From the NCBI RefSeq assembly GCF_009914755.1, contig NC_060927.1: DNA of 64,000 bases, one strand, 5' to 3'. Below, in pieces: positions 31,917 to 45,645 of the stretch. Below the pieces are notes generated by a model. The model saw only the letters and a program-made list of their open reading frames with translations, was not told where the DNA came from and ran no database searches. This DNA is from the human T2T-CHM13v2.0 reference genome, Homo sapiens. Made by a program: the position numbers and the translations under genes. Each line of letters begins with the position of its first letter. The first letter of the stretch is position 1.

Positions 31917-32484
31917 ATATAAAGGAGCCCAAGATGGCCTCTGTATATTGGCCATATGTTGTTTACTTCTTTATAACAGGCTGAAGTCTGTTAACTCAAA
32001 AGTTTGACACCACTAAACTCTAACTCATATATATCCAGTTGTTTTAAACATACCCCCAATGTGCAGAGTTTTAGCCATTTAGAGCCTCTTGGCTTTCCAT
32101 ATTCGATGAAAATGTACCAAACACTTACTAGGCAGAGATAAGATAAACTCTATAGATATAAAAGACTCCAATTCTAACCTTTGGAAGTGTTGGACTCCCC
32201 AGAGATTTACTGTAGGACTGCTGAACATTGCCTAAAACACAAGCCTCCTATCTGATCTCTCTCTTTCTCCTGGGAGTTCTCTTGCCCTTGTCTCACTATG
32301 AACAGTGGTCCCTGTGCTGTATCTCTTGGATATTCTTATGCTCTGAGGTCTTTCTCTCTACCCCAAAACCTGTTAAAGTGTTGCCCAGATAATGCTTATC
32401 TTAAGCTCACAGTGTGCTACTGTCACCTCATTGTCTTTTTTTTTTTTTTTTTTTTTTTTGGAATCAGTCCCCACATTCATCACA
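31917..32484 (+). mobile_element. ERV1-class solo LTR (MER67-like)
   Basis: aaggagcccaagatggcctctgtatattggcc..ttagccatttagagcc..agataagataaac..atcagtccccacattcatcaca. Confidence 0.55.
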
Positions 32485-33150
32485 CTTACTGTACCAGGGT
32501 AGTTGAATTATACTGCAGATCACATTCATAACTACATTACTTCTCTTGAGTAAAAATTAATTTACTTCTTGAAAATGAGAAGGATCTGGAAAGTTAATCA
32601 ATGGTTTTGGTTAATTGGACAAATATGAATTCCCTGAATCTCCTGTCAATCTACCTCCTATGCCAGCAGAAGAAACCTCTCCTTCTCACTCATGTGTCTA
32701 GTTTTTTTGCATCCAGTAAATTCCTCACTTGAAACAATTATCTTGCAAGAGAATTCAAATTCTTCTCATTTCAATATGTCTACTTCCATTTTTTACCTCA
32801 AGGCCTATAAATTATGTCAGGTTTCAATATAACCTAGGGAGTCATTTACAAAATAAACCAGGTTCCATACCAAAAATAATTACAACATTTTGCTAATATA
32901 GCAAGAAAAAATCTGGAGAATTTATGAAAATGGCCTCTGAGATTATAGACAATGATGGGAAGGATATCATATTTGGATAGGCTTTTTGCTTGTTATTGTT
33001 AATATGGGCGTATACAGCTAGAGCTTATTTAACTCAAAATTCTTGATTTAGAGTTCTAGTTTGAGAAAATAAGAGTGCTGCTAAATGTTTTCTCAGTGGA
33101 TTGATTAAAACTTCGGCTCCGTATTGGCCTACGATGAATGAAACTGAGAT

Positions 33151-33650
33151 ACCAGTGCACTCGTCTGTTCATTGTAGCACTTGTCACAATAGCAAAGACA
33201 TGGAATACACATAGGTCTCTATCAACAGTGGATTGGATAAAGAAAATGGGGTACATATATAACATGGAATACTAGACAACCATAAAAAAGAACAAAATCA
33301 AGTCCTTTATAGCATCGTGGATGTGGTTGGAGGTCATCATCTAAACAAAATTAATGCAGGAAGAGAAAACCAAATACTGCAAGTTCTTATTTACAAGTGG
33401 GAGCTAAACATTGGGCACTCATGGACATAAAGATGGCAACAGTAGACACTGGAAACTACTAGAGGAGGGAGGGAAGGAAGGGTCACAGATTGAAAAGTAA
33501 ACTACTGGGTACTATGATCAGTCCTTGGGTGGGATCATTTGTACCCCAGACCTCAGCATCACACAATATGTCCATGTAACAAATCTGTATATGTACTCCC
33601 TGATTCTAAAATCAAAGCTGAAATTATTAAAAAATTTATTAAAAAAAGAA
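33151..33650 (+). mobile_element. L1PA15-17-type 3' end
   Basis: ggacataaagatggcaacagtagacactgg..ccccagacctcagcatcacacaatatg..aagctgaaattatt plus A-tail. Confidence 0.85.
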
Positions 33651-34958
33651 AAGAAATAGAGATGTCAGAATTTCCTTAGTATAATGTAGAAACTTGGGGA
33701 AATAGGATGGCTGAAGTAAATTATCTCTGAGAGGCAATCGACTCAGTCACCCTGTAGTTCTGTTTCTGAAAGGTCCTAGTTTATAGTCCCTTCCCCACAG
33801 AACTGATAAATAAATTAGTATAGATAAATACGTTAGTAGAAACCCTGTAGTGCCTGTTCTCTGTAGACCAAGGATAAAGAAGAGAAATAATGACACTGAA
33901 ACAGACTGTCTGATTTCAATGGGGTTATAGAATCCCTTCGTAACAGAGGCAAAGTAGCAGCACTTAATGAAAAGGGAGAAGATTATAATAGTTACTCTAA
34001 CAGGCAGCAGAGCCAAAGTGGTAATAGAAGTACTTTGATCTGCAGTTATTTTTGGCAATAACTAATTGATCATTACATTTCTAGAACTGAAATAGATGAA
34101 CACTTCATTAATTCCCTACTTGATCTGTATTAACAGAAAGGATAAAAATTTATCTATGTTAGAAAGGTCAAAGTGGAAGACTTTGCAACTGGAGAAATTG
34201 TCAGAAATACAGGTCTATCATAATTTATGAACAGGGAATTTCTTAGGCCACATGGACAGGAACTCAGAGTCAGTTATAATCTTGGTGACAAAAAGATTTT
34301 GGGAGAAGACTCATGAATGGATCTCTTGAAATAATGCCGGAATGAGAGATTATTTGCTTTTCGTGTAAATGGTCATCTAATGATATCCTCTTCTGAGCAG
34401 ACTCTTAGTCAGGTAGATCACATGATCACGCTGTGGATGTCTGTTTCTTTCTTCAACTCTCCCAGTTCGTGACCATTGAGCTCATAAACAAAGTGGGGAT
34501 AATGGTGGAGACTCAAGATTTCTCCTCACTGAAGTTTTTGCCTGGCTTCTTACATTGTAGTGTGCCAAATAAGTCATTAACAGGGAAGAATGGTGAACCC
34601 TTGTGTAACATCATATTACATGAGACAAATCAGCCACCTGGGAACAAGTGAACCCATTTCATTATGTAAGTAGAAATTTTTAAGCTAAAACTGACTTATG
34701 TTCTGAAAATAGATGAAGCTACTGAATAAATCTATTGAATACCATAAAATATTCAATAAATAACTACATGAGAATAATTCATATTATCCCCACAAATTTA
34801 ATGAGCATTATTGTATGAGTCTAAGCCATCTGTTTATTTTATGTCAGATAAAGTTCTAAGAACTAGAGTAAATGCAAATTGAAAGTTTCTCAAAGCATTA
34901 AAAAGTACTTGCTGAGAACTTTCCTTTTATTATTCTTAACAAAGGTGAGTATCTGTAA

Positions 34959-35290
34959 TGTCAGAATAGTGTGGGTTATGCTGCCATAAAACACAACTTC
35001 AAATCTCAGTGCCTTAAAAGAATAAAGGTTGATTTCTTACCCGTGTTCCTTAACAATTGCACATTGCCAGGTACTTATCATGCATTCTCAGGTATACTGG
35101 CTAATTGGACAGCCAACATAATGAGTATTGCCTTTTCTAGCAGAGGGAAAAGACTGCTCTGGAGAGTCTCACTATAGCCCAGAAGTGACATACTTCAGTT
35201 TTACTCACACCTCATTTGCCAGACTAGTTACATGGTCCAAAACAACCATAAATAATCAAGAAGTGAAATCCTGTGATGAATTTGGAGTAC
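34959..35290. mobile_element. Old MaLR LTR (MLT1K/L-like)
   Basis: ggttatgctgccataaaacacaacttcaaatctcagtg..cccagaagtgaca..ccagactagttacatgg. Confidence 0.6.
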
Positions 35291-38255
35291 GGAGGACTGA
35301 AACTATGTTGCTGACTCCAAAATACCTATCCAGGAGTTATGTCAAGCTTTTCTCAAGACATTAATATTCTGGGATGATATTTGATAGTTAGCTTTTAATT
35401 TTAAGAACTGACAAATTGCTTTATATTCTTCTAAGGATTTTCTTGGAGCTATGCTGCCTTTGCTTAATGTTCCATTTTGTTTTACCATTTTCTTCATTTT
35501 CCTTTTCTTCCTTTGTCTTGGGCAGGCATTCCAAGAATAAAAATTCAGATTGAGAGCAAAGGTTGACATAGGCTGACGATTCAGAGTGAAAGTACAGGCA
35601 AGGGAAGTGTTTTCATCGGGAAAAGGTCGAAGGCTTAAAGATGATTCGGCAATGTACTTTGTTGGATGATGAAGAGCATTACATAAAATTTAATTCTATT
35701 ATAACTATCTTGAAGTACTTAAAGAATAATGAATTAGAAGATGTGGTAATAGAGTGACTGTGGAGGAAAATGTGGCCTCCAGTATCCACTTAGTAATAGT
35801 TCAAAGATGTGGATATTAAAACCTGGTTTCATAGGTTGCATTAAGAAATGCTACCCAGGCCACCTCACTTATTTCAAAGGGTTATGGATCTCTTTGCTTC
35901 CATCTGACATCCAGATGGACAGGATGAGGTGGAAAATGATGATTATTTTATAGTCTGCCTCCTGGGTTGTAGGGGTGGAGATGGAGTCTTATGAAATAAA
36001 ATCCTGTCATAGATGCTGGAATGCCTAGGTATCATAAATCAGGTGGACTAGTGGCATTTTACCAAAATATAACTTCATTAATAATAACTTCCTAATAAAA
36101 TTATTGTTTAAAAAAGTCCTCAACTTAATCCAGACTTAACTGTTACTTATCAAGGATTTGTTATGTGCATAGCACAATGATCATACACATTTTAGCTTGA
36201 GCTAAAGTTCTCTAGAAACTTTATCAAATCTAAGAATTTCATAGAAATTCTATAATTGTGATCAACATATTGGGGAATTGCATTTACTGAATAAGTTTGT
36301 CAAAGATAAAGATGAGATGTATGCTTTCTCTACCAAGAAAAGAACAATAGGGATTTAAAAGAGAAATGAAAAGCTATACATGGGATAGGTTTGAAGTAAA
36401 TGTTATAACTTACCCAAGAGATCTTAAAAGCAGTAGATTCCCAACTGCTAAAATAGGTTATTTTCCTTTAAATATGTACACCAAATGGAATCTCGAAGCC
36501 TAAACCCTCACATGACTCAGTCATAAGGTTTTGGACTTACGTAGTCTTATCTGAGGAACTCAGAGTGCATCCGCTTCATTAATGCTTGCTCACAATATTC
36601 TTAAGAACCACGAAGGGGGAAATCAAATTATCAATTCAAAGACAGAGAAACAGACCAGAGGAATCAGTGACATGCCCAAGATAAAAAACAAAAACGAAAC
36701 CAAAAACAACCCACCACCTAAACTGGAAATAGAAGTAAATTCTGTCTTCCCAGCAATCTTGCCCTATCCCACATTGTCTATACAGTTCCCAAGTGACTCA
36801 CTCTGTTGATAAACTGAAATATGCTGAACTCTATATAATTATGCTACCTAAGCACAATTTAATGAGTGTGTAATAAAGCCCTTCCAGAGATATGAGGGAG
36901 GAATCGTTATTATTTTTAGCAAATTACCAAGCAGCAACTCAAAAAGAATCTAACTCTAAATGCCATGCTTTGAAGTTAATACTGCGAATTCTGTAGTACA
37001 GTTTTCACTTTTTCTTTCCCAAATGATAACTGATATGAGAAGGAAAGAGTTGCCAAAACACAATCTGTAAGCCGATTAAAACAACAGTTCCAATGAAAAA
37101 AATCTGAAATGAAAATGGAATGGTGAAAGTCAAAGTAATGCCCAAGCCAATAAATAAAAATGACTTTTAATTAGTATTTCTTATGGTATACACTGAATAT
37201 TGTACTCTTTATGAGGTCAGAAAATCAGTATCCCTTGCTAAACTCTGAATTGACTTTATATAAGCTATCCGTTTGATAATGAGAACTGGAATTATTTGAA
37301 CTTTCACCCACATTAAGCCACAGAAATAAGCACAGTGAGTGGCCTGACATTCCTTGTGGAGCGGCCTGATCATCAGCTAATATGTGTGGACACATTTGGA
37401 TAGATTTTACATTATCAGTAATTTGCGATTATGCAGTCAGGTGAATTACAGTTAAAGGTGTATGAAATTCCATCACTCAATAGTGGTTTTTGTTCAATGA
37501 CAAAAGTCATAGAACTTGTAATGACTTATAGGGAATCTATCCAGAAATGAGCCATTTGTCATCCCAAATGCAAAATCCAAGCTTCAGCTCATATCAGATG
37601 TAAAATGATGTATGAATAAATATTTTATGATTATTACAACACTAAAAACTAGGAGTTGGTAAGTGCTTCAGAGTGTTGGTGACACCTCTAGGCCTGTATA
37701 CATAAGCCTAAATTAGTAAACTTTAAGCTTAATGAATAAACTTTAAGTCTTAATCAGTAAATTTTATACATTTATAAAAAGATGAAAAATTATCCATACC
37801 CTTTTAGTGGCAGTAAAATGTATGAAAGGAAACATGGTGAAACAAAGAATACAGAAATAGAACACAGAAAACCTAAATTCTAGTTGTGCTGAATTGCAAT
37901 GTAATTTTGGATTTTAATTATCTTAGATATTTTCTTCGTCTATTAAATGGTGATAACCACCAACAAAACTGTAAGAATAAATGTATAAAAGACTATGCAA
38001 ACATAAAACATGATTATGTTAATAAAATTCAGATACACTAATTGGAACATTAGTGTATCCTATGAACATGATTATTTAGGTTAACATTTACTTTGCATTA
38101 CAATTACATTACTTTACCTAGTTTCAAAAACATTCTCTCAAAGAAATAATTTCCAATAGTTGATACATTTATATTCATATATCTCCAAAGACACTGTCTA
38201 AAAGGTATGTTTGTGGATTAGTTAGTTGTACTTGCCTATATTTTCCATATGGGAC

Positions 38256-38842
38256 TGTGATATTGTTATATAATTTTTGTATGCTAATAAGATAACGAAA
38301 GGCTGGGGCTCCTGGGTAACCTCAGACTGAGAGTTGGTTGCCAGGGGAACCAATCCTGTGATTAGAGGTTTAGGAATTTTAACCCAATTCCTGGACTTTC
38401 AGGGTCAGGAGAGAGGCTGAAAGTTGAGTCAATCACCGATGGCCAATGGCCAATGATTTAATCCATCATGCTTATGTAATGACGCCTCCACAATAACCCG
38501 AAAGAACAGAGGGTGGAGAGATTTCTGATTCCTGAACACGTGGAGGGTGGCATGGTCCAACAGAGTGTGTAAATTCCCAGCCTCTCCCCACATATATTGC
38601 CCAATACATTCTTCCTTCTGACTGTTCCTGAGTTGCCTCTTCCATCTGACTGTTCCTTTTATAATAAAAGGATAATAGTAAGTAAAGTGCTTTTCTGAGT
38701 TCTGTGAACTGCTCTAGCAAATTATGAAACAGAGAAGGGCTTTGTGGGAACCCTGATATGTAACTAGGTTGGACAGAAGTTGTGAATAACCAGGAACCTG
38801 CTACTTATGACTGACACCTGGAGTCGGGGTAGTCTTGTGGAA
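38256..38842 (+). mobile_element. MER21-type LTR
   Basis: ggttgccaggggaaccaatcctgtgattagagg..gttgagtcaatcaccgatggccaatg..ttctgtgaactgctctagcaaatta. Confidence 0.75.
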
Positions 38843-39869
38843 TTTCATCTATGCATTTCATCTTACAGTACTATGGGAATTTGGGATGGGTGTTTAGTAA
38901 ATTGTTCACAATAAGTATTTTCAAATTTTCAATTATAAATAAAAGTTTCTGATTGATGAAGCACGAGTATGTAGTCATGTGATTTATGGGTCATGTCACT
39001 TATTCATATATCTGGAAGTGACTGATTTATTCATCCCAGGAGTTGTTTCCAAGTCATGCAACTGCTTTGTGAACACAACTGACTTAGAATCTCAGAAGAT
39101 GATGAATGGTTCATGCACTTGATTTATAAGATGCATTACTGACTTATAATTCCTCCAGCTGAGGCAGAAGTCAGTGCTTTATACTTGGGTATAAACATTC
39201 ATTTTATTAATAAAATAAGACTGATTTATTTTACTTATTTGTGTACGTGGACTTTAAATTTTAGCCATAGTTATGCTCTAAATCCATGTGATTCTCAAAC
39301 AAGCTTAAGGTACAGATTGTATAATTACAGTGTAGTTTATGGAAACTTCTATTGCATGTTGTACCACATTTTTTCAGCACATGCTATGACCAAGATGAAT
39401 TATTTGCTTATTTTTTTTCCCTTTTAGGGCTAAATACACAAGTCTTTACTTGCTTTGCCTGTTACCTCCTATTCTCTATTCTTTTTTAAAAATGCATATA
39501 ACCACAGCTGGGACTTCGGGACCTTAGCTGCCACTTCAGAATCCAAAGGCTGGCTTCACGGTGGCCTTGTGGACATTATTACTACTGTTGGATTGTCTCA
39601 TGAGGGAGATGATACCAGTCCCTTAGAGACATATGGTTAGAAACTAGTACAGAGTAAGCTGAAAATGGAGGGGTCAAGGACAGGGTAAAGCAATCCAACT
39701 ACAGATATTCACTTTGAAAAGGGCCATAAGGGTCTGGGCCAAAAGTTTAAGAAGGGCCCAAGTATAAAATTTATTTCCAAATTGGGTGAAACTTAGAGTA
39801 TCTAAACTTATGACTAAGGCATAGCAGATAGTAATGTAGAATCATGGTGATCAGAATTCCATATAATAG

Positions 39870-40234
39870 TGATGTAGTTTAGCTTTGTGTCTTCACCCAA
39901 ATCTCATCTTGAACTATAATCCTCAAGTGTTAATGCAGAAACCTGGTGAGAGGTGATTAGATCATGGGGGTGGTTTCCCCCATGCTGTTCTCATGATAGT
40001 GAGTGAGTTCTCATGAGATCTGAGGGTTTTATAAGCGTCTGGCATTTCCCCTGCTTGCACGTCTCTCTCCTGCCACTATGTGAAGAAGGTGCCTGCTTCC
40101 CCTTCACCTTCTGCCATGATTGTAAGTTTCCGAGGCCTCCCCAGCTGTGTGGAACTGTGAATCAGTTAAACCTCTTTCCATTATAAATTACCCAGTCTCG
40201 GGTATTTCTTTATAGCAGTGTGAAAATTAACACA
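39870..40234 (+). mobile_element. THE1D-like solo LTR
   Basis: tgatgtagtttagctttgtgtc..catttcccctgcttgcac..ccatgattgtaagtttcc..ataaattacccagtctcgggtatttc. Confidence 0.88.
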
Positions 40235-40267
40235 AATTTGAAGCCTGGTGTTCAAGATTCTAAGAAA

Positions 40268-40490
40268 TAATAATAGTAGTTAATATTTATTGAGTGTTTT
40301 CTGTATGCAAGATCGGATACTCTTCTAAGTGCTTTCTGTCTGTAAACTCAATCTTCACAATAATCTTCTGAAGTAGATACTAGTATCATCATTTTTATAG
40401 AAAAACAGACACCCAGAAAGTTTAAGTATTATACCCACATTCTCCCAAGAGCCAGGCATCAAATGCAACCTGTTCTCTACTGTGTCTTTC
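40268..40490 (-). mobile_element. MIR
   Basis: taatatttattgagtg..ctaagtgcttt..aatcttcacaataatc..gaagtagatactagtatcatcattttt. Confidence 0.75.
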
Positions 40491-41129
40491 CAAAGGACAG
40501 CGAAGGTGGGAAGTTGGCCTCAAACTCAGAAAAGACAGCTTAGAAGAAAGAATGGATGAGAATTTCAGTGTATCAGCAAAATGCACTGCAATTCATGGTG
40601 GAGCTTAATTCTTTAGGAGGTAAAAACTTGAATTTTGTCCAACATAACCAATTAGAACAAAGGAAAAGAACTATAGACTGTTAAAAGAGATGTGGGAAAT
40701 AGAGGCAGGCTAAGAATGACAGGGTTAGAAAATCGTTTGAGTATCAGAATGTATTGGAAAGATCCCAGAGTCTAATGGCAATGCCAAGTATTGTGTCTGG
40801 AATAGAGTTGACTCAATCAAACTTCATTAAACAAACATTGTTGAAAGAAAAAAGCAACTTGAGGAGAGACATTATAATCTATTCAGGTAATTTTAACCCC
40901 ACGAAGTTTGTAAATGTAAGCTCTTTGTATAGCTCTGAATTGAATGAAGAATTAGAGAAGGTAGAGCAAGTGACTTAGGGTAGAGAATTACCATAAACAA
41001 TTTGAAAAATACTTATTATAATATTCCTGTCATGAACCCATTGAAGGAATGTTAGCTTTTAAAATTATTTAAATTGAAAAATCAATTGACTATTATGGTT
41101 AAAAAGTCAATGTTTAAAGAAAGGACTTT

Positions 41130-41500
41130 CTACTTCCAGGCACAGAACAGCTGGAATTTAACTTAACCTCTCATCATAAACATCTAGAATACTGGACAAA
41201 ATATATGAGACATCTGTTATCAGACAATGAACAGCAGGAAACACAAATCTGTAGTTGCTGCAAAAAAAGAAGCATACAAAGTGAACTTCTGTCTGAAGCC
41301 TCTTTTCAGATCTCAAGCATAGCATACTGTGCCTGTTGAGTTGAGGAGACCGAGACTGGAGATAGGGAAGACAGAGGCAACTTGAATTTGCAGAACAAAG
41401 TAGGAGGTAGGAGAAAGCTATGTTGAGAAAAGAAACTCCAGAAATCTGCATGGGAATCACTTAGAGCTTTTGCCTAAATTGTAATCTGTGTATGTGTAGG
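41130..41500 (+). mobile_element. Old L1M (L1MD-like) 5' end fragment
   Basis: acttaacctctcatcataaacatctagaatactggacaaaatatatgagaca..ccagaaatctgcatgggaatcac. Confidence 0.55.
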
Positions 41501-41589
41501 GTGTTGCTTAACAGGAATAATAACTAAAATATCAAAACAGAGCAAAAATCAAGAACAGTGGAGAATGGGGCTAAGGGTGGTCTCCTCAA

Positions 41590-42700
41590 TAAAAGCTCAT
41601 AATCCTTTGTTTTCTTCCCAAACCTGATCCAGTTTTCATATCCAGAATTCATTGACTGTTGAGATGGCTTTGTCTCTGGGAGGAAGGACCCTCAACACCA
41701 TGGCAACCATGTACCAGCATGACTCCCCAGTCCTTCCCCAGAGGGACCTGTAGCCATTTATTCAGGTGTATGTCTAATTTGGGAAGAGTTATGGAATACA
41801 AGTTCTGGGTTAACAATGATTTCTACAGATTTAAAAATCATTGCTGTTCCCCTTCTAGAGTCGGGCTATGGGAGCCAGGTAATAAATAGAGCACTGGCCC
41901 AAGTTCAGCTCCCAGCAGGCCCATTATAGTCATTTCTCTAGTTCTTGAGTGTATAAATGGAACTGGTATACCTGGCAGTTGGACTAGCAACCACATTAGG
42001 TCCCTGGTCCCTCGGGTAAATCTCTCATAGTGTGGAAGGCACAGTTGTGAACATGGCTACTTCATGGTTATGTACGAGGTAATCTACAGTCATTTCCCAG
42101 GATCCATTTATTTTCTACAAAGGCCAGGCTGGCAAATTAAATGAAGATGTGACAGGGACCACTATTCTTGCTTCCTTTCCTTTTTAAAGGCTATATCAAT
42201 CTCTGCTACAAACCCCATCCTCACCCTGGGATACAGGATTGTTTTCGAGAACTACTGTGTTGCATTGGTGACTGAACAGGGCAAATGAGAGGTGGCTTGT
42301 GTGCTGACAAACTTAGTTAGACACTTCAGACAGTGGGAGATAAATCCTATACAGATTCAATGAAGGTTTAAAGGGTCTAGTGATCAGGGCTATGCTAGAA
42401 CATTTTTCCAAAGGAAAAGACAATTGCTGCATCTTCCCTCCTCTACCACAAAATAGTCTTGTAGGCTTCCTTGGGTTCTGGAGGCAGCCCATTCTACACC
42501 CAGAAATACTACTTCAGCCCAAATATCCAGTGACATGGAAAGCTATTAGCTTTGAGTAGGGCCCAGAGTAGGTCTAGAGTACAATGAGTGCAATCAGCAT
42601 ACTGCTTGGGTCCTATAATTCAACAGACTTTAAGGTGTTAAAAAGTGTTAATGATAGGAAAGATGCAGCATAGAAATTATGGCCAACTCCAGTGGATGGG
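41590..42700 (+). mobile_element. Decayed MLT/ERVL internal fragment
   Basis: ccccagtccttcccagagggacctgtagccatttattcaggt; gggttctggaggcagcccattctacacc; tagctttgagtagggcccagag. Confidence 0.55.
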
Positions 42701-43050
42701 GCTCTATCTCTCATGCAAAAGAAAGGTTTGTTTATTGTCTGATGCAATAAAGGTACCATTTCCTTTAAAGGCAAATGTCAGGGAGGCTTACTACCCAGTA
42801 TGAAATATTTGTATTCCTTAAGCTCAGAATCCCTCTCCTATAATACAACCCACTGCTTGATGTCACCTGGTTTTCTTCACATTTCTCTATGGGAACTGAA
42901 GCTCAGGAAGATAGAACAATGCTGATACTCTGGCTACTGATATTGCTGAGAATAATACCACCCTTCATGTTACCCAGGAGTCTCATGTCTTCTGCCAGAA
43001 CCCAGAAACTCTGGCAGGATTGTTAGCTTGCAAGTAAGGTAAAATCTCAT
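42700..43050 (+). mobile_element. LTR40-like ERVL LTR (3' part)
   Basis: aatgctgatactctggctactgatattgctg..cccaggagtctcatgtcttctgccag..gttagcttgcaagtaaggtaaaatctca. Confidence 0.7.
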
Positions 43051-43055
43051 TTTCC

Positions 43056-43110
43056 TTGTAATTTGTAACATTCTTAACATATTCTTTGTAATTTGTAACA
43101 TTCTTAACAT
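43056..43110. repeat. Tandem duplication, 25-bp perfect match, period 30
   Basis: ttgtaatttgtaacattcttaacat at 43056-43080 and 43086-43110. Confidence 0.9.
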
Positions 43111-43789
43111 CAACTCACTTGTTGATGATTCCCACGTACATTATTTTATTGTTGACTTATAATGTGTCCCAAGTTTAAGGGATCATTTTGGTTTTCTAGA
43201 AGTACTTATGCTCAACTAGGGCATCCTCTAGACCTTTAAGTTCATGTCATCTTGATAGTAGAGATTTAAATGTTATCTTCCCACAAATCTCTTTCTTATA
43301 TTATCTCTTTTTCCTGCCGAGAATGATAAGTAAGGTTTCACACCATATAGGTCAAGAAAATGTGTCATAAAGCTTCCAGAACACTTAGAGCGTTTCACTT
43401 CTTTTACACTTGGGGCAGACCTTTTCTTTTCAGAATTTGCACAACCCCCTGAGTTTCATTTTTGTTCTGCAATCCTTCCTAAATAAAAGAGAGTTCATGT
43501 GAAAGAAGAATTCATGTAAATCAGAGTCTCCTAGGTTTGTATTTTGTTCTGAGGTTGTTAGCAAAGCTATTTGGTAGATATGTACCAACAAAGAACAGAT
43601 ATTTTAGAAATACTTTCTCACTTTTATAAATTTTGACCATATAGTTGTATATACATCACATTTCATCCTATTTTATCTCAATAAGTATTAATACAAATTG
43701 GAACATGGATGTGAAGGATAAGGAACAGAGTTCCCTGGCAGAAAAAAAAGTAGAATAAGCATCAAAAACTTCAGACGAATACTTAAAAC

Positions 43790-44332
43790 TAAAATTCTAC
43801 TCTTTGTTATTTACCAGAAAGAAATGAAAGCATATGTTCTCAAAAAGACTTTACATGAATGTTCATAGCTGCGTTACTCATAATAGCCCCAAATAAGAAG
43901 CAACCAAATGTCCATCAACAGGCGAATGGGTAAACAAATTGTGGTATGTCCATTTAAATAAATAACATCAGCAATAAAAGAAAATGATATACTAATACAT
44001 ACAGCAACATGGATGGATCTCAAAAGAATATGCTAAGTGAAAGAAGGTGAATACAAAAAGTACATACAGTTTTGTTTCATTTATGTGAGTTTCTAGAACA
44101 GGCAGAGCTAATCTACGATGACTGAGAGCAGACCCATTATTTTCTGGGGATGTGGAGTAGTAATTGCAAAAGAGGGAGCTTTCTGAGGGGACAGAAATCT
44201 TCTGTAACTTGACTGTGATGGTTATCACAGAGGTATACACGTTTATCAAAACTCATCGAGCAGTATATTGAAAATAGGTATGTTTTATTGTATGCAAATT
44301 ATACCTCAGTAAAATTCTAAAAAGAAAAAAAT
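43790..44332 (+). mobile_element. Old L1M (MB/MC/ME-type) 3' end
   Basis: aaatgtccatcaacaggcgaatgggtaaacaaattgtggtat..tgtatgcaaattatacctcagtaaa. Confidence 0.8.
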
Positions 44333-45434
44333 TCAAGATTATAAAAAATTAATGATGCTAACTGCCTTTGTTTAAAGTATAAACATAACTTGGAGTTAGA
44401 TATATATTTTGTATTATGCAAGAGAAAATTTTGAGATTGGTGCTGGACAGAATTGTGGTAACCATGATGAAAATAGTGAGGTCATTCTATACCAACTCAA
44501 TGTCAGTGAACTGAAACACGTGTTTAAGGGCCCATAATGATTGTTCAGTAATGCCAACTATACTTTCGTGTGTGTAATTACTTTTATTTTGTAAACCTCT
44601 ATTAGTCCCTATTGTAAAATTTTGGGTTATAGTTAAAGTGAGAGTGCCAGTATTTCAGAAATAGTGCTGTCATATATGTTCACATGAATTTTGTGCGGCA
44701 CAACTCAATGGGTGCCATTCATGGACAGTACAGTATGATTTTACCACAGGTTGAGCTGGCATTAAAAGTCCTTTTCAGGTGTCCTTAAGTTAAAGACAGT
44801 GCCTATACATCTTGGTTTCAGGGTACCTTGAAGTCAAATGCTTTTGTAGGCTTTCTTAAAGTATGGGTCCAGTCTCTCTGTGAGAAAGCTGCCAGCTTAC
44901 AATTTATCTGAGGTACATTCCACTTGCTCTTCCAAATGTCCAGTTTGTCTTTTTCGTCATTACTAGACTGAAAAAAGGAGAGGCCTTACAAGGAGAGTTG
45001 TTGACTTATTTCGTTCTGCTTTATTGCAATCTTTACAACAAGGGGGGAGACATGATTTTTCATTGCATATGACTAGTTTGTTTTAAAGTCCTTCACTGTT
45101 TCCTGATCAATAGTTTGATTTACAAATAGTGTTTAAATTCACTAACTACTATACAGCTGTAGTTTCCTTGAGAATTTTATATCCAGTCTCTGACACAGAC
45201 CATAGGGACAATGCTGTTTTCTTAGGGAATACACTAGTTTAGCCCCATGTTAATGCAAGGGGTATGATTTTTTTACATATATATTAATGTAAAGCAAACC
45301 AACATATATTTAGGCATTATAAGATTTCATAATATGATGATCTGTTTTCCTGGTATTGTCTCAAATAGTAATGGAAAATGTTAAATATTTTGTGTTTTTT
45401 CCTTTTTGTAAAACGTAGGAGATACACTAACTGA

Positions 45435-45645
45435 TCGACTGGCAACTTTTTATTAAAGGGCCAAACAGTAAGTGTTTTAAGCTTGTAGGCCATGAGGTTT
45501 CCTTTGCTATGTCTCTACTCAGTCACCACAGCATGAACGCAACCATAAACACTGCTTAAATGAATGAGAGATGATCTGGGCTCCAATAAAACTTTATTTA
45601 CAAAAACAGGTGATTGGCCCACAGGCCAAAGTTTGCAGACCACTG
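45435..45645. mobile_element. MER58A-like hAT MITE
   Basis: tggcaactttttattaaagggccaaacagtaag..ccaataaaactttatttacaaaaacagg..ggccaaagtttgcagaccactg. Confidence 0.8.

Larger units (their letters stand above)
31500..34660 (+). mobile_element. Decayed MLT/ERVL internal sequence, interrupted by younger insertions
   Basis: ERVL-int-like stretches (aagactgtgtgggtggaatggctactt; gagatgtcagaatttccttagtataatgtaga; atcacatgatcacgctgtggatgtc); no intact ORF. Confidence 0.5.
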
